Source: a virus. Taken from it: a stretch of 64,000 nt of DNA. The translations under genes were made by a program, and so were the position numbers. Shown here piece by piece: positions 40,663 through 50,315 of this stretch (its first letter is position 1; every line of letters starts with the position of its first letter). The notes below the pieces were generated by a model that saw only the letters and a program-made list of their open reading frames with translations, was not told the DNA's origin and searched no databases. The stretch covers positions 1 through 64,000 of the IMG/VR virus record IMGVR_UViG_3300021197_001635. One strand, given 5' to 3'.

Positions 40663-41766
40663 ATGAAATTCAAAAGACTAAAACTGCATGGTGTTGATGA
40701 ACCACTTACAGACTGGAGCAAGCTTAATAGCGAGAGCGACAGGGAGTGGGCATGGTTAAAAAATATGTATTGGTATAGGCTTCATTCTAATATCAAGCAG
40801 CAAAAATCTTGGATCAACAACTATCTAAAGGGTCAAGGATTAGATCCCAAAGAATATAATAGCGGTAAGAAGAGAATGTATGAGGGTGCTGGCGGTTTAT
40901 GTAGGATTCTAGAGACTGGGTGTCCTGAAGACTATAAGCTGATTAATCTCCTCAAGATGCTATTGAACCAGATCAAAGATGAAAGCAAGCGATCTTCAGC
41001 AGTTGCTAAGGCTAGTGCTAAGAGAAGCAAGAAGACTGTGCCCATTAAGGAAAGGATGGATGACCAGTTGTCCGAGTATATGGACGAGATCAATAGAGCG
41101 ATAGACATCTTCACTGGAAATTCCAAAATCAAGAAGAAGGAATGGTTCAGTATTGGAAAGTGGTTGTCTGACAACAAGGTCAAGTCAACCCAGACGATGG
41201 CGATTCTCAAGGAGATCAAGCCTGTCTATAATGAAGTATCTTCTGCTTATAATAACGAAGACGATCAACTAGCAGAAGCCTACGATTTCATGCGTAAGTC
41301 TCATCTTCATAAATTCGTAGAATTTCTAGACGTGATGGTAAAAGAGACCAATCAGCATTTAAAGAAGGTAAAACCCAAGAGACCTTCACGAAAGACTAAT
41401 CCTGAGTCTGCTGTGAAGAGACTCCCCTTCAAGAAGAGCAGCGACGAATTCGGTGTTGATTCAATAGACCCCACAGAGATACTGGGTTGTACCACCCTGT
41501 TCGTATACAATGAAACTAGTAGACTTATATGCATCTACAAGTCGTTCGACAACAATGGTGGTCTTTCTGTGAAAGGTGCATCGATCACTCATTTCGATCC
41601 TGCTAAGTCTTTCGTGAAAAAATGCAGGAATCCCAAGCATACCATTCGAATGATAGGCAGACTTAACAAGAAGCATGCAATAGAGCATGTTGAAAATATC
41701 AAGACGGTAAAGAAGCCTGTCAGACCCAGAATTAACAAGAATTGCATCATTTTGAGGGCATTTTAA
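40663..41766 (+). CDS. Conserved hypothetical basic protein upstream of rnh
   Basis: 367 aa, Lys-rich; SIDPTEILGCTTLFVYN, GLSVKGASI and RINKNCIILRAF resemble a T4-like marine phage conserved ORF. Confidence 0.55.
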   Translation: MKFKRLKLHGVDEPLTDWSKLNSESDREWAWLKNMYWYRLHSNIKQQKSWINNYLKGQGLDPKEYNSGKKRMYEGAGGLCRILETGCPEDYKLINLLKMLLNQIKDESKRSSAVAKASAKRSKKTVPIKERMDDQLSEYMDEINRAIDIFTGNSKIKKKEWFSIGKWLSDNKVKSTQTMAILKEIKPVYNEVSSAYNNEDDQLAEAYDFMRKSHLHKFVEFLDVMVKETNQHLKKVKPKRPSRKTNPESAVKRLPFKKSSDEFGVDSIDPTEILGCTTLFVYNETSRLICIYKSFDNNGGLSVKGASITHFDPAKSFVKKCRNPKHTIRMIGRLNKKHAIEHVENIKTVKKPVRPRINKNCIILRAF

Positions 41767-41767
41767 T

Positions 41768-42649
41768 ATGATCTTGCTAGACGCTAATCAGACAATGATT
41801 TCTAATGTATTTGCCATCTATGGCAAGAAGACTGACAGTCTAACAGTGAATGATGTTAGACACTCCCTTCTCAAGGGAATCATGTATTTCAACAATAGAT
41901 TTAAAGATTATGGAGACATGGTTTTGTGCTATGACTCCCATAATTATTGGAGAACTTCTTATTTTCCTCATTACAAGGCCGCTAGGAAGACTAAGCAAGG
42001 TTCCAGCAATATTCAGTGGGGAAAAATCTATAAATTCTTTGATATTGTCAAGAAGGAAGTAGATGAGAACTTTCCGTATGTGTCTATGGAAGTCCCCTCC
42101 ATGGAGGCAGATGATTTGATCCATGCTATTGTATCAGAGCATCATGATCATGAGGAGATTATGATCGTATCCTCAGACAAGGACTTTCAACAACTACAAT
42201 CTTATGAGGGTGTTCACCAATATAGTCCAGCACATAAAGATATGCTAGTTTGTGAAAATCCCGCTTCACACCTGATGGAGCATATTATCAAGGGGGATTC
42301 ATCCGACGGCGTTCCAAATGTGCTGTCAGATTCCGATACTTTTGTAGTCGAGGGTAAGAAGCAGAAGATTATGAATTCTAAGAGATTTAATGCTATCTTG
42401 TCTAAAGTAGAAGACGGGTCCATCCTTGATAGTGAGTATGGGGTTAACTTCCAGAGGAATAAGAATCTAATTGATTTGTCCTCCATAGATAGCGAACACA
42501 AAGAACTGATTATAAATAAATTCAGGGAAGAAATGTCTGCTCTGGCAGACTGGAAAGACGATGGCAAAATGATGAATTATCTCACTAGCAACAGACTAAT
42601 GAGCATTTTGAAGGAGATGGATCAATTCCAGAATAAGATCGATGCCTAG
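41768..42649 (+). CDS. rnh: RNase H / 5'-3' exonuclease (T4 rnh)
   Basis: MILLDANQ, NYWR..FPHYKAAR, MEADDLI, IVSSDKDFQQL, IIKGDSSDGVPN. Confidence 0.93.
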   Translation: MILLDANQTMISNVFAIYGKKTDSLTVNDVRHSLLKGIMYFNNRFKDYGDMVLCYDSHNYWRTSYFPHYKAARKTKQGSSNIQWGKIYKFFDIVKKEVDENFPYVSMEVPSMEADDLIHAIVSEHHDHEEIMIVSSDKDFQQLQSYEGVHQYSPAHKDMLVCENPASHLMEHIIKGDSSDGVPNVLSDSDTFVVEGKKQKIMNSKRFNAILSKVEDGSILDSEYGVNFQRNKNLIDLSSIDSEHKELIINKFREEMSALADWKDDGKMMNYLTSNRLMSILKEMDQFQNKIDA

Positions 42650-42821
42650 TAATAATAGCAAAGACAACAAGATCAAGCAGTGCACCAACAAGATTCATGA
42701 AGATGATATGTATCAAGAAGATAGGGGTACTAAAAAGCATGATCGAAGGAAGAGAAGACATAACGACAAACAGTTCTTTAAAGAACATGGACAATATTTA
42801 GAACACTATGACACTGAATAG
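42642..42821 (+). CDS. Small charged hypothetical protein (59 aa, below ORF-track cutoff)
   Basis: ATG 42642 to TAG 42821 (MPSNNSKDNK...KKHDRRKRRHNDKQFFKEHGQYLEHYDTE) fills the rnh-gp45 gap; TATAAATA at 42511. Confidence 0.5.
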   Translation: MPSNNSKDNKIKQCTNKIHEDDMYQEDRGTKKHDRRKRRHNDKQFFKEHGQYLEHYDTE

Positions 42822-42844
42822 CAGAACCTATATTATGGAGAAAC

Positions 42845-43543
42845 GTGATGACAACTGCTACCAAAATGCAAATCTCTAGAAATACTCTAGAGATCCTAAA
42901 GAATTTTGCTTCAATCAATTCTAATATTTTAGTGAAGCCTGGTAATAAAATCAGGACCATCTCTAATTATAAGAATGTATTGGCAGAAGCAGATCTAGGA
43001 GAAGATTTCGACACAGAATTCGGAATCTGGGACCTGAACAAATTACTGGGTACTATCTCTCTATTTGACTCGCCTAAATTCGAGTTCGATGAGAAGTATA
43101 TGACCATCGAAGGTGACAACGGTGCTACGGTTCGATACTATTATTCTGAACCGAAGCTGCTCACAACCGTCACCAAGGAAATCAATATGCCGAATGTGGC
43201 AGTGAGTTGCACCATCAATGAAGATGATTTTAAGGAAATCCATAGGGCATCGTCTGTCTTGCAATTGCCAGATCTGAAGATTTCTTCTATGGGGGACTCC
43301 TCCATTCTTACTATCCATGACCGCAAGGATTCATCTTCCAATAGTTACACCTTCGAGGTTGGTAACAACCCAGATGGTGCTGAATTCAATTTCTACTTCA
43401 AGGTAGAAAATATGAAGATGCTCCCAGGCGAATATGATGTCGACATTTGTGAGACTGCCGTTGCCAGATTCAGCAACAAGAATGTGGGTCTCAGATACTG
43501 GGTCGCCATGGAACCAGATTCTTCCTACTCTGGTGCAGAATAA
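42845..43543 (+). CDS. gp45: DNA polymerase sliding clamp gp45
   Basis: ISRNTLEILKNFASINSNI, FGIWDLNKLLG, FYFKVENMKMLPGEYDV, YWVAMEPDS. Confidence 0.95.
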   Translation: MMTTATKMQISRNTLEILKNFASINSNILVKPGNKIRTISNYKNVLAEADLGEDFDTEFGIWDLNKLLGTISLFDSPKFEFDEKYMTIEGDNGATVRYYYSEPKLLTTVTKEINMPNVAVSCTINEDDFKEIHRASSVLQLPDLKISSMGDSSILTIHDRKDSSSNSYTFEVGNNPDGAEFNFYFKVENMKMLPGEYDVDICETAVARFSNKNVGLRYWVAMEPDSSYSGAE

Positions 43544-43944
43544 TGGATCCCCATAGCAAGATATATATTGCTGGTCCCATGAGAGGGAAACCCAACTGGA
43601 ATTATGATGAGTTCAACAGGACTGAGAAGATTCTTATTGGCAATGGATGGGAAGTAGTTAACCCAGCTACGTTGGATACCAACTACGAGGACACAGCAGA
43701 TCTGGGATGTGAAGCAGAAGATTTCGACCCAGATGGCAATAAAAAGCACAAAAGTGTGAATAGAAGGATCATGAAAAGAGATCTGGATATTATATGTGAT
43801 GAATGCTGTGCAATCTATATGTTGAAGGGATGGCAGGTATCTCAGGGAGCATGTGCTGAGTTTTATCTGGCATGTTCATTGGGTCTTGATATCTATTATG
43901 AAGGATGTAAGCACGACATAGGTTCAGATAGACTGTGCTTCTAA
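43543..43944 (+). CDS. DUF4406 / nucleoside 2-deoxyribosyltransferase-like protein
   Basis: KIYIAGPMRG..NWNYDEF, VVNPA, AIYMLKGWQVSQGACAE. Confidence 0.75.
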   Translation: MDPHSKIYIAGPMRGKPNWNYDEFNRTEKILIGNGWEVVNPATLDTNYEDTADLGCEAEDFDPDGNKKHKSVNRRIMKRDLDIICDECCAIYMLKGWQVSQGACAEFYLACSLGLDIYYEGCKHDIGSDRLCF

Positions 43945-43963
43945 TAAGTCGGGAGATGTTGAT

Positions 43964-44863
43964 ATGCGTACTATGGTGACAGGTGGTGGAGGTCTAGTAG
44001 GATCCGCTATTGAATCGGATTTTAAGCCCTCTAGCAAAGAGCTTAATCTTTTCAATCTAGGTGATATTGTTGATTACCTCCAAGAGAACAGGATCGATAA
44101 TGTTATTCATTGTGCTGCTAAGGTGGGTGGAATCAAAGCGAACTCTGAGAAGTTGGCAGATTTCTTCTATGATAACACTTTGATGAATACTAATCTATTA
44201 GAGGCTGCTAGACTATGCAGACTCGAAAAGGTGGTATCCTTCATGTCAACATGTGTGTTTCCCGCTGATGCTGAATATCCACTTCAATCGGATAGGATCC
44301 ACGACGGGGAACCACACCAATCCAATTATGCTTATGCCTATGCAAAGAGAATGTTGGAAGTACAGAGCAGAGCATATAGAGACCAATACGACTGCAATTT
44401 TGTTACGGTTATTCCATGTAATATCTATGGACCTAACGACAATTTTAGTATGGACTCTGGGCATGTTATCCCATCTCTCATCCACAAATGCTATCTTGCC
44501 AGAGAGAATGGCACTGATTTAGAGGTCTGGGGTACTGGCAGGCCTTATAGGGAATTCATTTATTCAAAGGATGTTGCAGAGGCGGCAGTATGGGCACTAG
44601 ATAATTATGACGATCCAGAACCCCTGATCATTTCTCCTAATGAAGAAATATCAATAGCAACCTTGGCATCGGCAATCTGCTATAGAATGGGTTTCAAAGG
44701 GAGAATAGTGTTCAATCAGAAGATGGATGGTCAGATGCGTAAACCATCGGATAATAGCAAATTGCTGTCATTGATGGGTGATTATAAGTTCGTGCCGATT
44801 GAGATCGGTCTCACTAAGACTATAGAATGGTTCGAAGAGAACTATCGGGAGGCTAGAAAATGA
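43964..44863 (+). CDS. fcl: GDP-L-fucose synthase
   Basis: VTGGGGLVG, HCAAKVGGI, STCVFP, YAYAKR, NIYGPNDNF, HVIPSLI, WGTGRPYREF. Confidence 0.93.
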   Translation: MRTMVTGGGGLVGSAIESDFKPSSKELNLFNLGDIVDYLQENRIDNVIHCAAKVGGIKANSEKLADFFYDNTLMNTNLLEAARLCRLEKVVSFMSTCVFPADAEYPLQSDRIHDGEPHQSNYAYAYAKRMLEVQSRAYRDQYDCNFVTVIPCNIYGPNDNFSMDSGHVIPSLIHKCYLARENGTDLEVWGTGRPYREFIYSKDVAEAAVWALDNYDDPEPLIISPNEEISIATLASAICYRMGFKGRIVFNQKMDGQMRKPSDNSKLLSLMGDYKFVPIEIGLTKTIEWFEENYREARK

Positions 44864-45903
44864 CGAATATCTCCGATGCAAAATACGGTGGAGAGTTATG
44901 GAAGAAGGAGAGGGGACTGAAGAAGACCGCTCTGATTACGGGCATTAATGGTCAAGACGGTTCTTATCTTGCTGAACTTCTTCTTAGCAAGGGGTACGAG
45001 GTTCATGGGGTATTGAAAAGGAACTCTGTTGCTGAGAACCAGACAGCTAGACTGGACAGTATTTTCGACAAGTTGACCCTGCACTATGGTGACCTCAATG
45101 ATTTATCTTCCTTGATCTCCATCTTGCAGAAATCTAAACCAGACGAGGTGTATAGTCTGGCAGCACAATCTCATGTCAGAATAAGTTTTGACATGCCCAT
45201 CTACACTGCTGCAACTACGGGCATGGGGATCCTCAACTTGCTAGAAGCATGCAGACTGACATGTCCTGAGGCTAAAATCTACCAAGCATCATCCTCTGAG
45301 ATGTTTGGGAATATGATTGATGTGGATGGTTTCCAGAGAGAGACCACCCCCATGAATCCAGTTAGTCCTTATGGTTGTGCCAAGGTGTTTGCATATAACA
45401 TTAGCAGAAACTATCGCAATTCTTATAATATGTTTATCTCTAATGGGATACTTTTCAATCATGAGTCTCCTAGAAGAGGATCCAATTTTGTAACCAGCAA
45501 GATAGTAAAGGGTGCGGTGGCAATAAAGAACGGTCTAACAGATGAGCTTAGATTGGGTAACCTTGATGCGACTAGAGACTGGGGACATGCTAAGGACTAT
45601 GTTAAAGCAATGTGGTTGATGTTACAGCATGACCAACCAGATGATTTTGTATGTTCGACTGGTATATCTAACAGTGTCAGAGATTGTTGTGAGTGTGTAT
45701 TTGATAGACTGGGTATGGATTATAGGGATTATGTTAAGATAGACCCAAAATACTTCAGACCAGAAGAATTAGAGCATTTAAAAGGAGACGCAACCAAGAT
45801 AAAAGATGTTCTAGGTTGGAAGCCTGAATATGACTTCAGGTCTATGATGAATGAAATGGTAGAGATGGAAGTGGGATCTAATACCCACGTTTTGAATCAG
45901 TGA
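44860..45903 (+). CDS. gmd: GDP-mannose 4,6-dehydratase
   Basis: ALITGINGQDGSYLAE, LAAQSHV, YQASSSEMFG, SPYGCAK, GILFNHESPRRG, RDWGHAKDYV. Confidence 0.96.
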   Translation: MTNISDAKYGGELWKKERGLKKTALITGINGQDGSYLAELLLSKGYEVHGVLKRNSVAENQTARLDSIFDKLTLHYGDLNDLSSLISILQKSKPDEVYSLAAQSHVRISFDMPIYTAATTGMGILNLLEACRLTCPEAKIYQASSSEMFGNMIDVDGFQRETTPMNPVSPYGCAKVFAYNISRNYRNSYNMFISNGILFNHESPRRGSNFVTSKIVKGAVAIKNGLTDELRLGNLDATRDWGHAKDYVKAMWLMLQHDQPDDFVCSTGISNSVRDCCECVFDRLGMDYRDYVKIDPKYFRPEELEHLKGDATKIKDVLGWKPEYDFRSMMNEMVEMEVGSNTHVLNQ

Positions 45904-45910
45904 GAACTTT

Positions 45911-46879
45911 ATGACTATGATTATTGATAATGATACCCACCAGAAGCAGTATCTCTGGGTGGAGAAATATAGACCGAACTGTATCGAGGATTGTATCCTT
46001 CCCGATAAGATCAAGAAAACATTCATGGATATGGTGGAATCTGGGGAGTCCCAGAATCTGTTGTTATCTGGGTCTGCTGGTTGTGGCAAGACCACGGTGG
46101 CAAAAGCATTGTGTATGGAATTGGATACCGATTGGTTGATGATCAACTGCTCAGAAGACGGAAATATCGATACCCTTAGGACCACCATCAGGAATTTTGC
46201 CAGCACAGTGTCTTTGAGCGGTGGCAAGAAGGTGGTGATCCTAGACGAATTCGATTATGCAAATGCTCAGAGTATGCAACCAGCATTAAGGGGTTTCATT
46301 GAAGAATTCGCTAACAATTGCAGATTTATTCTGACATGCAATTTTAAGAACAGGATCATTGAGCCTATTCACTCCAGATGCACCTGCATCAACTTCCAGT
46401 TCACTAAAAAAGACAACTCCCAGATGTGTGCTAAGTTCATGAAGCGAGTTGGAAGCATCCTAGAATCTGAGGGTGTGCCAGTTGAAGATCCAGCAATTAT
46501 TGCTAAGTTGATATTCAGATACAGCCCAGATTTCAGAAGGGTCATTAACGAATTGCAGCGATACTCGGTGTCTGGTACGATTGATGTTGGAATCCTTACT
46601 GACATCGAGAACGTCAAGATAGAAGATCTCCTCAAAAGCATGAAGACCAAGAATTTCGGGGAGGTCCGAAAATGGGTGGTAGACAACCTAGACAATGATC
46701 AAAACCAGATCTTTAGAAAAATGTATAATTCTATGTCTGAATCCATGGAGGCCCAGAGTATTCCATCTGCAATTTTGATTCTAGCAGAATATCAATACAA
46801 ATCAGCCTTCGCTGCAGATCAAGAGATTAATATGACTGCCTGTCTAGTAGAAATGATGATGGAATGCAAATTCAAATAG
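45911..46879 (+). CDS. gp44: Clamp loader large subunit gp44
   Basis: LWVEKYRP, GSAGCGKTT, ILDEFD, QPALRGFIEEF, IIEPIHSRC. Confidence 0.96.
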   Translation: MTMIIDNDTHQKQYLWVEKYRPNCIEDCILPDKIKKTFMDMVESGESQNLLLSGSAGCGKTTVAKALCMELDTDWLMINCSEDGNIDTLRTTIRNFASTVSLSGGKKVVILDEFDYANAQSMQPALRGFIEEFANNCRFILTCNFKNRIIEPIHSRCTCINFQFTKKDNSQMCAKFMKRVGSILESEGVPVEDPAIIAKLIFRYSPDFRRVINELQRYSVSGTIDVGILTDIENVKIEDLLKSMKTKNFGEVRKWVVDNLDNDQNQIFRKMYNSMSESMEAQSIPSAILILAEYQYKSAFAADQEINMTACLVEMMMECKFK

Positions 46880-46891
46880 GGGAGACACTAA

Positions 46892-47233
46892 ATGTCAAAT
46901 GAAGAAAAAGGCACAACAGAGTTGATCTCAAGATTCGACACCCCCGAGGAGGGTAAAGGGACTTTCTCTCCTGTGGGGAACAAGGTGTTGGTTCATTGCG
47001 TGATCAATAGGGAAAAGACCACCGATAGCGGAATCGTCTACACTGAAAACAACGGCCATGAGCCTATGAAGGTGCTGGTGGTTGCTGTCGGTGACGAGGT
47101 GAAAGAGGATATCAGGATAGGCGATATAGTTTTGTGGGAGAGGGTATCCCTTGGTGAATGGAACGGATACCAAGTTGTGGAGGAGAGTTCCATTCTAGCA
47201 ATATGGGCGAGGTTAGAAGATGAAGCTGGGTGA
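46892..47233 (+). CDS. groES: GroES-family co-chaperonin
   Basis: FSPVGNKVLV, mobile loop EKTTDSGIVY, VVAVG, IRIGDIVLW, VVEESSILAI. Confidence 0.75.
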   Translation: MSNEEKGTTELISRFDTPEEGKGTFSPVGNKVLVHCVINREKTTDSGIVYTENNGHEPMKVLVVAVGDEVKEDIRIGDIVLWERVSLGEWNGYQVVEESSILAIWARLEDEAG

Positions 47234-47609
47234 TTATCTGAAAGCAATTAATTGGAAGAAGACTCCAATGAAGAAATTGGATGAAGACTTTCATACCACG
47301 AAGAAGAAGTATGTTCCTTTCATAGTGAACAAATGTATGTCTTACTTTTCAGACACTATCATTCAGTCTAATAATATGAACTTGAATTCTCACATAGACA
47401 AAGAGATGCATTATGACTATCTGATGTATTCTACCAGAAGCAGAAACAGATTCAGCAAGTGGCATAGAAAGAGTGTACCAGATGATTTGGATCTGATAAA
47501 GGAATACTTTGGATACTCTAATGAGAAGGCCTGTGAAGCCTTAAAGATATTGAGTAAGGACGACATCGAAGGAATCAGATCCGATATGGATACTGGAGGG
47601 CAATCTTAG
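47220..47609 (+). CDS. gp62: Clamp loader small subunit gp62
   Basis: DYLKAIN, YVPFIVNKCMS, RNRFSKW, IKEYFGYSNEKA..ALKIL. Confidence 0.9.
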   Translation: MKLGDYLKAINWKKTPMKKLDEDFHTTKKKYVPFIVNKCMSYFSDTIIQSNNMNLNSHIDKEMHYDYLMYSTRSRNRFSKWHRKSVPDDLDLIKEYFGYSNEKACEALKILSKDDIEGIRSDMDTGGQS

Positions 47610-47621
47610 AGGCTGTTCTAT

Positions 47622-47629
47622 TATAAATA
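47622..47629 (+). promoter_or_regulatory. T4-type late promoter upstream of regA and the glyco cluster
   Basis: Intergenic TATAAATA. Confidence 0.6.
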
Positions 47630-47675
47630 TCCACAGAAGCCTTTCAGTATGGGTGAAAGATTTAAGGATATTAAT

Positions 47676-48080
47676 ATGAGTAATAGATTAACGGCAGAAG
47701 ACCTAGTTGAAGTCAGTCTAGGACATGAAGAAGACTTCCTTAAGGTCAAAGAGACTCTAACCAGAATGGGTGTTTCCTCTCGAAAAGAGAAGAAATTGTA
47801 CCAATCTTGTCATATTCTCCACAAAAAAGGCAAATACTATATAGTTCATTTTAAAGAACTGTTCGGTCTGGATGGACTTCCCAATAATATATCTGAGGGT
47901 GATATTGCAAGAAGGAATATGATCATCAGCCTGTTGGAAGAGTGGGAACTAATTGGTGTTGTGGATATAGATAAATGTGAAGAACCCATGGCATCTTTGG
48001 GTCAGATCAAGATAATACCCCACAGGGACAAAGAAGAATGGGAGCTGATACCCAAGTATCATATCGGCAACAAGAGATAG
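47676..48080 (+). CDS. regA: Translational repressor RegA
   Basis: DFLKVKETLTRMGV, LYQSCHILHKKGKYYIVHFKELF, WELIPKYHIG; ATG 47676 has an AAGGA RBS. Confidence 0.96.
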   Translation: MSNRLTAEDLVEVSLGHEEDFLKVKETLTRMGVSSRKEKKLYQSCHILHKKGKYYIVHFKELFGLDGLPNNISEGDIARRNMIISLLEEWELIGVVDIDKCEEPMASLGQIKIIPHRDKEEWELIPKYHIGNKR

Positions 48081-48101
48081 TTTGATTAAGGATTTTTTAT
48101 C

Positions 48102-48809
48102 ATGAGAAATAGCATTGACCTTAGAGACACAAAATGTGTCTATATCAACCTCGACACCGCAGAGAGAAATAAAGAAGAGATGGATGCCCAGTTGGGGTCT
48201 CTGGAGTTTAAGGACTTCGAGAGACTCTCAGCCAGGGTTGTTGCACCTCCCACACCAGAACCTCCACCAGAATACGGTTCGAACGCCGATACTTGGTGGA
48301 ATATCTTTAGGGGTGTGGCACAATCCCATATTGATATCCTAGAAACTAATGACGCACCCGTCCTTATCTTAGAAGACGATTCAGTGGTGACTGAGGATTT
48401 CCGTCCGATTCTAGAAAATATCCCAGAAGATACTGACGGGATATATCTAGGCATATCTCAGAGCGATGGTAAATATAATGCATATGATATAGGGTCGGGT
48501 TATGCATGGATAAGGGGTATTTTCTCTACACATGCTATCCTGTATCTCAGCGAACGGTATAAAAATGCGGTCCTAGCGATGGCAAAGGATTGGGCATACA
48601 ATAAAAATTTTGCGACTGATATTGGTTGGTGCAGACTCCAAAACGATTTCAATATCATAACCCCCCACAAGCCCTTCTTTTATCAGGCAGATGATAGAGA
48701 GAGCCTAAACAAATGGGGTAACCTTACCAAGACTCCTCTAAGGCTTAAAGAACTACCAGTATCAAAACCCAGTAGTCCAGCACCCATAGGTCCAATCGGA
48801 GCCCCCTAA
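48102..48809 (+). CDS. Glycosyltransferase, GT25-like
   Basis: VYINLD...R, GVAQSH, LILEDD, IYLG, THAILY. Confidence 0.7.
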   Translation: MRNSIDLRDTKCVYINLDTAERNKEEMDAQLGSLEFKDFERLSARVVAPPTPEPPPEYGSNADTWWNIFRGVAQSHIDILETNDAPVLILEDDSVVTEDFRPILENIPEDTDGIYLGISQSDGKYNAYDIGSGYAWIRGIFSTHAILYLSERYKNAVLAMAKDWAYNKNFATDIGWCRLQNDFNIITPHKPFFYQADDRESLNKWGNLTKTPLRLKELPVSKPSSPAPIGPIGAP

Positions 48810-48811
48810 TC

Positions 48812-49783
48812 ATGATCCTGTATCGGTGTCCTGTGAGGGTGGGAATAGCTGGTGGTTCCACTGATTTGGAATCATTCATACAGCAGAATGGTAGAGGGTC
48901 AGTAATTAACTTCCCTATTGATCTGTATACTTATATACTGGTGCATAGAGATAAGATGGGTCTCAACTCTTCATCTGGCAGGTACGTAGTCAACTACTCT
49001 TTGAGAGAAGAGTGTGAAAGCATAGATGATATCAAAAACGACGTGATAAGAGAATCCGTTAGAGAATGCTATGACTCTCCTTGCTTCATCACCATGACTA
49101 GTGATATAAGTTCCTCTGGGTCTGGACTAGCATCCTCTTCAAGCTACATGGTGTCGGCGGTTAAGGCTCTTACCGAGATGTCTGGAGATGATATATCTCA
49201 GTATGATTGCTGCAAGAAGTCTATGGATTTAGAGAGAAGATTCAACCCTTTATTGGGTTATCAAGACTCATATGGGTGTGGGATAGGGGGTCTGAAACGA
49301 CTAGACTTTATGCCCAATAAAGACCCTAAGATCAACTACCTCCCCTCTGGCATTCTGGGGGGAATAAATATGCACCTTGTGAATACCTGCATAAATAGAT
49401 CGTCCACCAAGATTCTTGGATCTATAGAGACCAAGAATAATGACAGGCTCCATAAAATATTAGGTATTGTCGACGAAATGGAAGATGCTATTGTGAGGCA
49501 AGACATCGATTCATTCGTGAACCTGATCAATAACGGTTGGGAGGAGAAGAAAAGGTCTTCTAGCATGATATCCAATGAAGAGATCGCTGTTATGGACGAG
49601 ATGATTCTTGGTACGCCTGGTGTCCTAGCTAGGAGAGTGTGTGGTGCTGGAGGTGGGGGTTATTTTCTGGTATTCTCCGATAAAGGGTATAAGGTGGGCA
49701 ATTCACTCATTGATACTTTCGGAGAGAATAGGGTGCTGCCAGTCAGTATAGACAATGAAGGTGTTAAGAGGATGGGATTATGA
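48812..49783 (+). CDS. GHMP sugar kinase (HddA-like heptose-7-phosphate kinase)
   Basis: PVRVGIAGGSTD, GSGLASSSS, GYQDSY, CGAGGGGYFL. Confidence 0.85.
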   Translation: MILYRCPVRVGIAGGSTDLESFIQQNGRGSVINFPIDLYTYILVHRDKMGLNSSSGRYVVNYSLREECESIDDIKNDVIRESVRECYDSPCFITMTSDISSSGSGLASSSSYMVSAVKALTEMSGDDISQYDCCKKSMDLERRFNPLLGYQDSYGCGIGGLKRLDFMPNKDPKINYLPSGILGGINMHLVNTCINRSSTKILGSIETKNNDRLHKILGIVDEMEDAIVRQDIDSFVNLINNGWEEKKRSSSMISNEEIAVMDEMILGTPGVLARRVCGAGGGGYFLVFSDKGYKVGNSLIDTFGENRVLPVSIDNEGVKRMGL

Positions 49784-50313
49784 ACAACCACTATAATACA
49801 AGCAGAAATCTTGATTCGATATCTGACTCCATTTCTAAGATAGACAAGGCTGAAGTGGGTAAATTATCGGATCAGGTGAAGGATCATAAGGATATCATAA
49901 TAATAGGCAATGGGGGTAGCAATGCTATGGCATCTCATATGGCAATAGACTACACCAAGTTCTTGTGCAAGAGGTGTACCTCTTTCGATGAGGGTCCTAG
50001 ACTGACTTGTTATTTCAATGATTATGGGGTAGAGGAAGCCTATAGGAGATATCTGAACGAGTTCATATCAGATAATAATTATCTAGTTATATTAATATCC
50101 TCTTCAGGAGAGTCCAAGAATATAATAAATTGTGCCGAATACTGCTGTAGGAATGGAATCAACTTCGTGATTCTGACTGGCATGAGAGAAGACAATAAAC
50201 TGAGGATGCTATATGGTGGGCAAGCATCTGCAGATATTTGGGTTGATTCAGATAAATACTCGGTGATAGAGTGCACACATGAGGTATGCCTCCATTCTTT
50301 AGTAGGGAGTTGA
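49780..50313 (+). CDS. gmhA: SIS-domain phosphoheptose isomerase (GmhA-like)
   Basis: IIGNGGSNAMASH, NDYG, ISSSGESKNI, LTG, IECTH. Confidence 0.8.
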   Translation: MNNHYNTSRNLDSISDSISKIDKAEVGKLSDQVKDHKDIIIIGNGGSNAMASHMAIDYTKFLCKRCTSFDEGPRLTCYFNDYGVEEAYRRYLNEFISDNNYLVILISSSGESKNIINCAEYCCRNGINFVILTGMREDNKLRMLYGGQASADIWVDSDKYSVIECTHEVCLHSLVGS

Positions 50314-50315
50314 TA

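Noticed and set aside
42808-42836. Possible sigma70 promoter ATGACA-17-TATTAT before gp45
   Set aside because: Both boxes deviate from consensus and it lacks the shared spacer motif; plausible but unsupported
35846-43944. A 2-aminoadenine (Z-genome) or other hypermodified-base system built from purB, DUF4406 and the methyltransferase
   Set aside because: No purZ, dATPase, hydroxymethylase or DNA glycosyltransferase was recognised in the window; kept only as a testable aside
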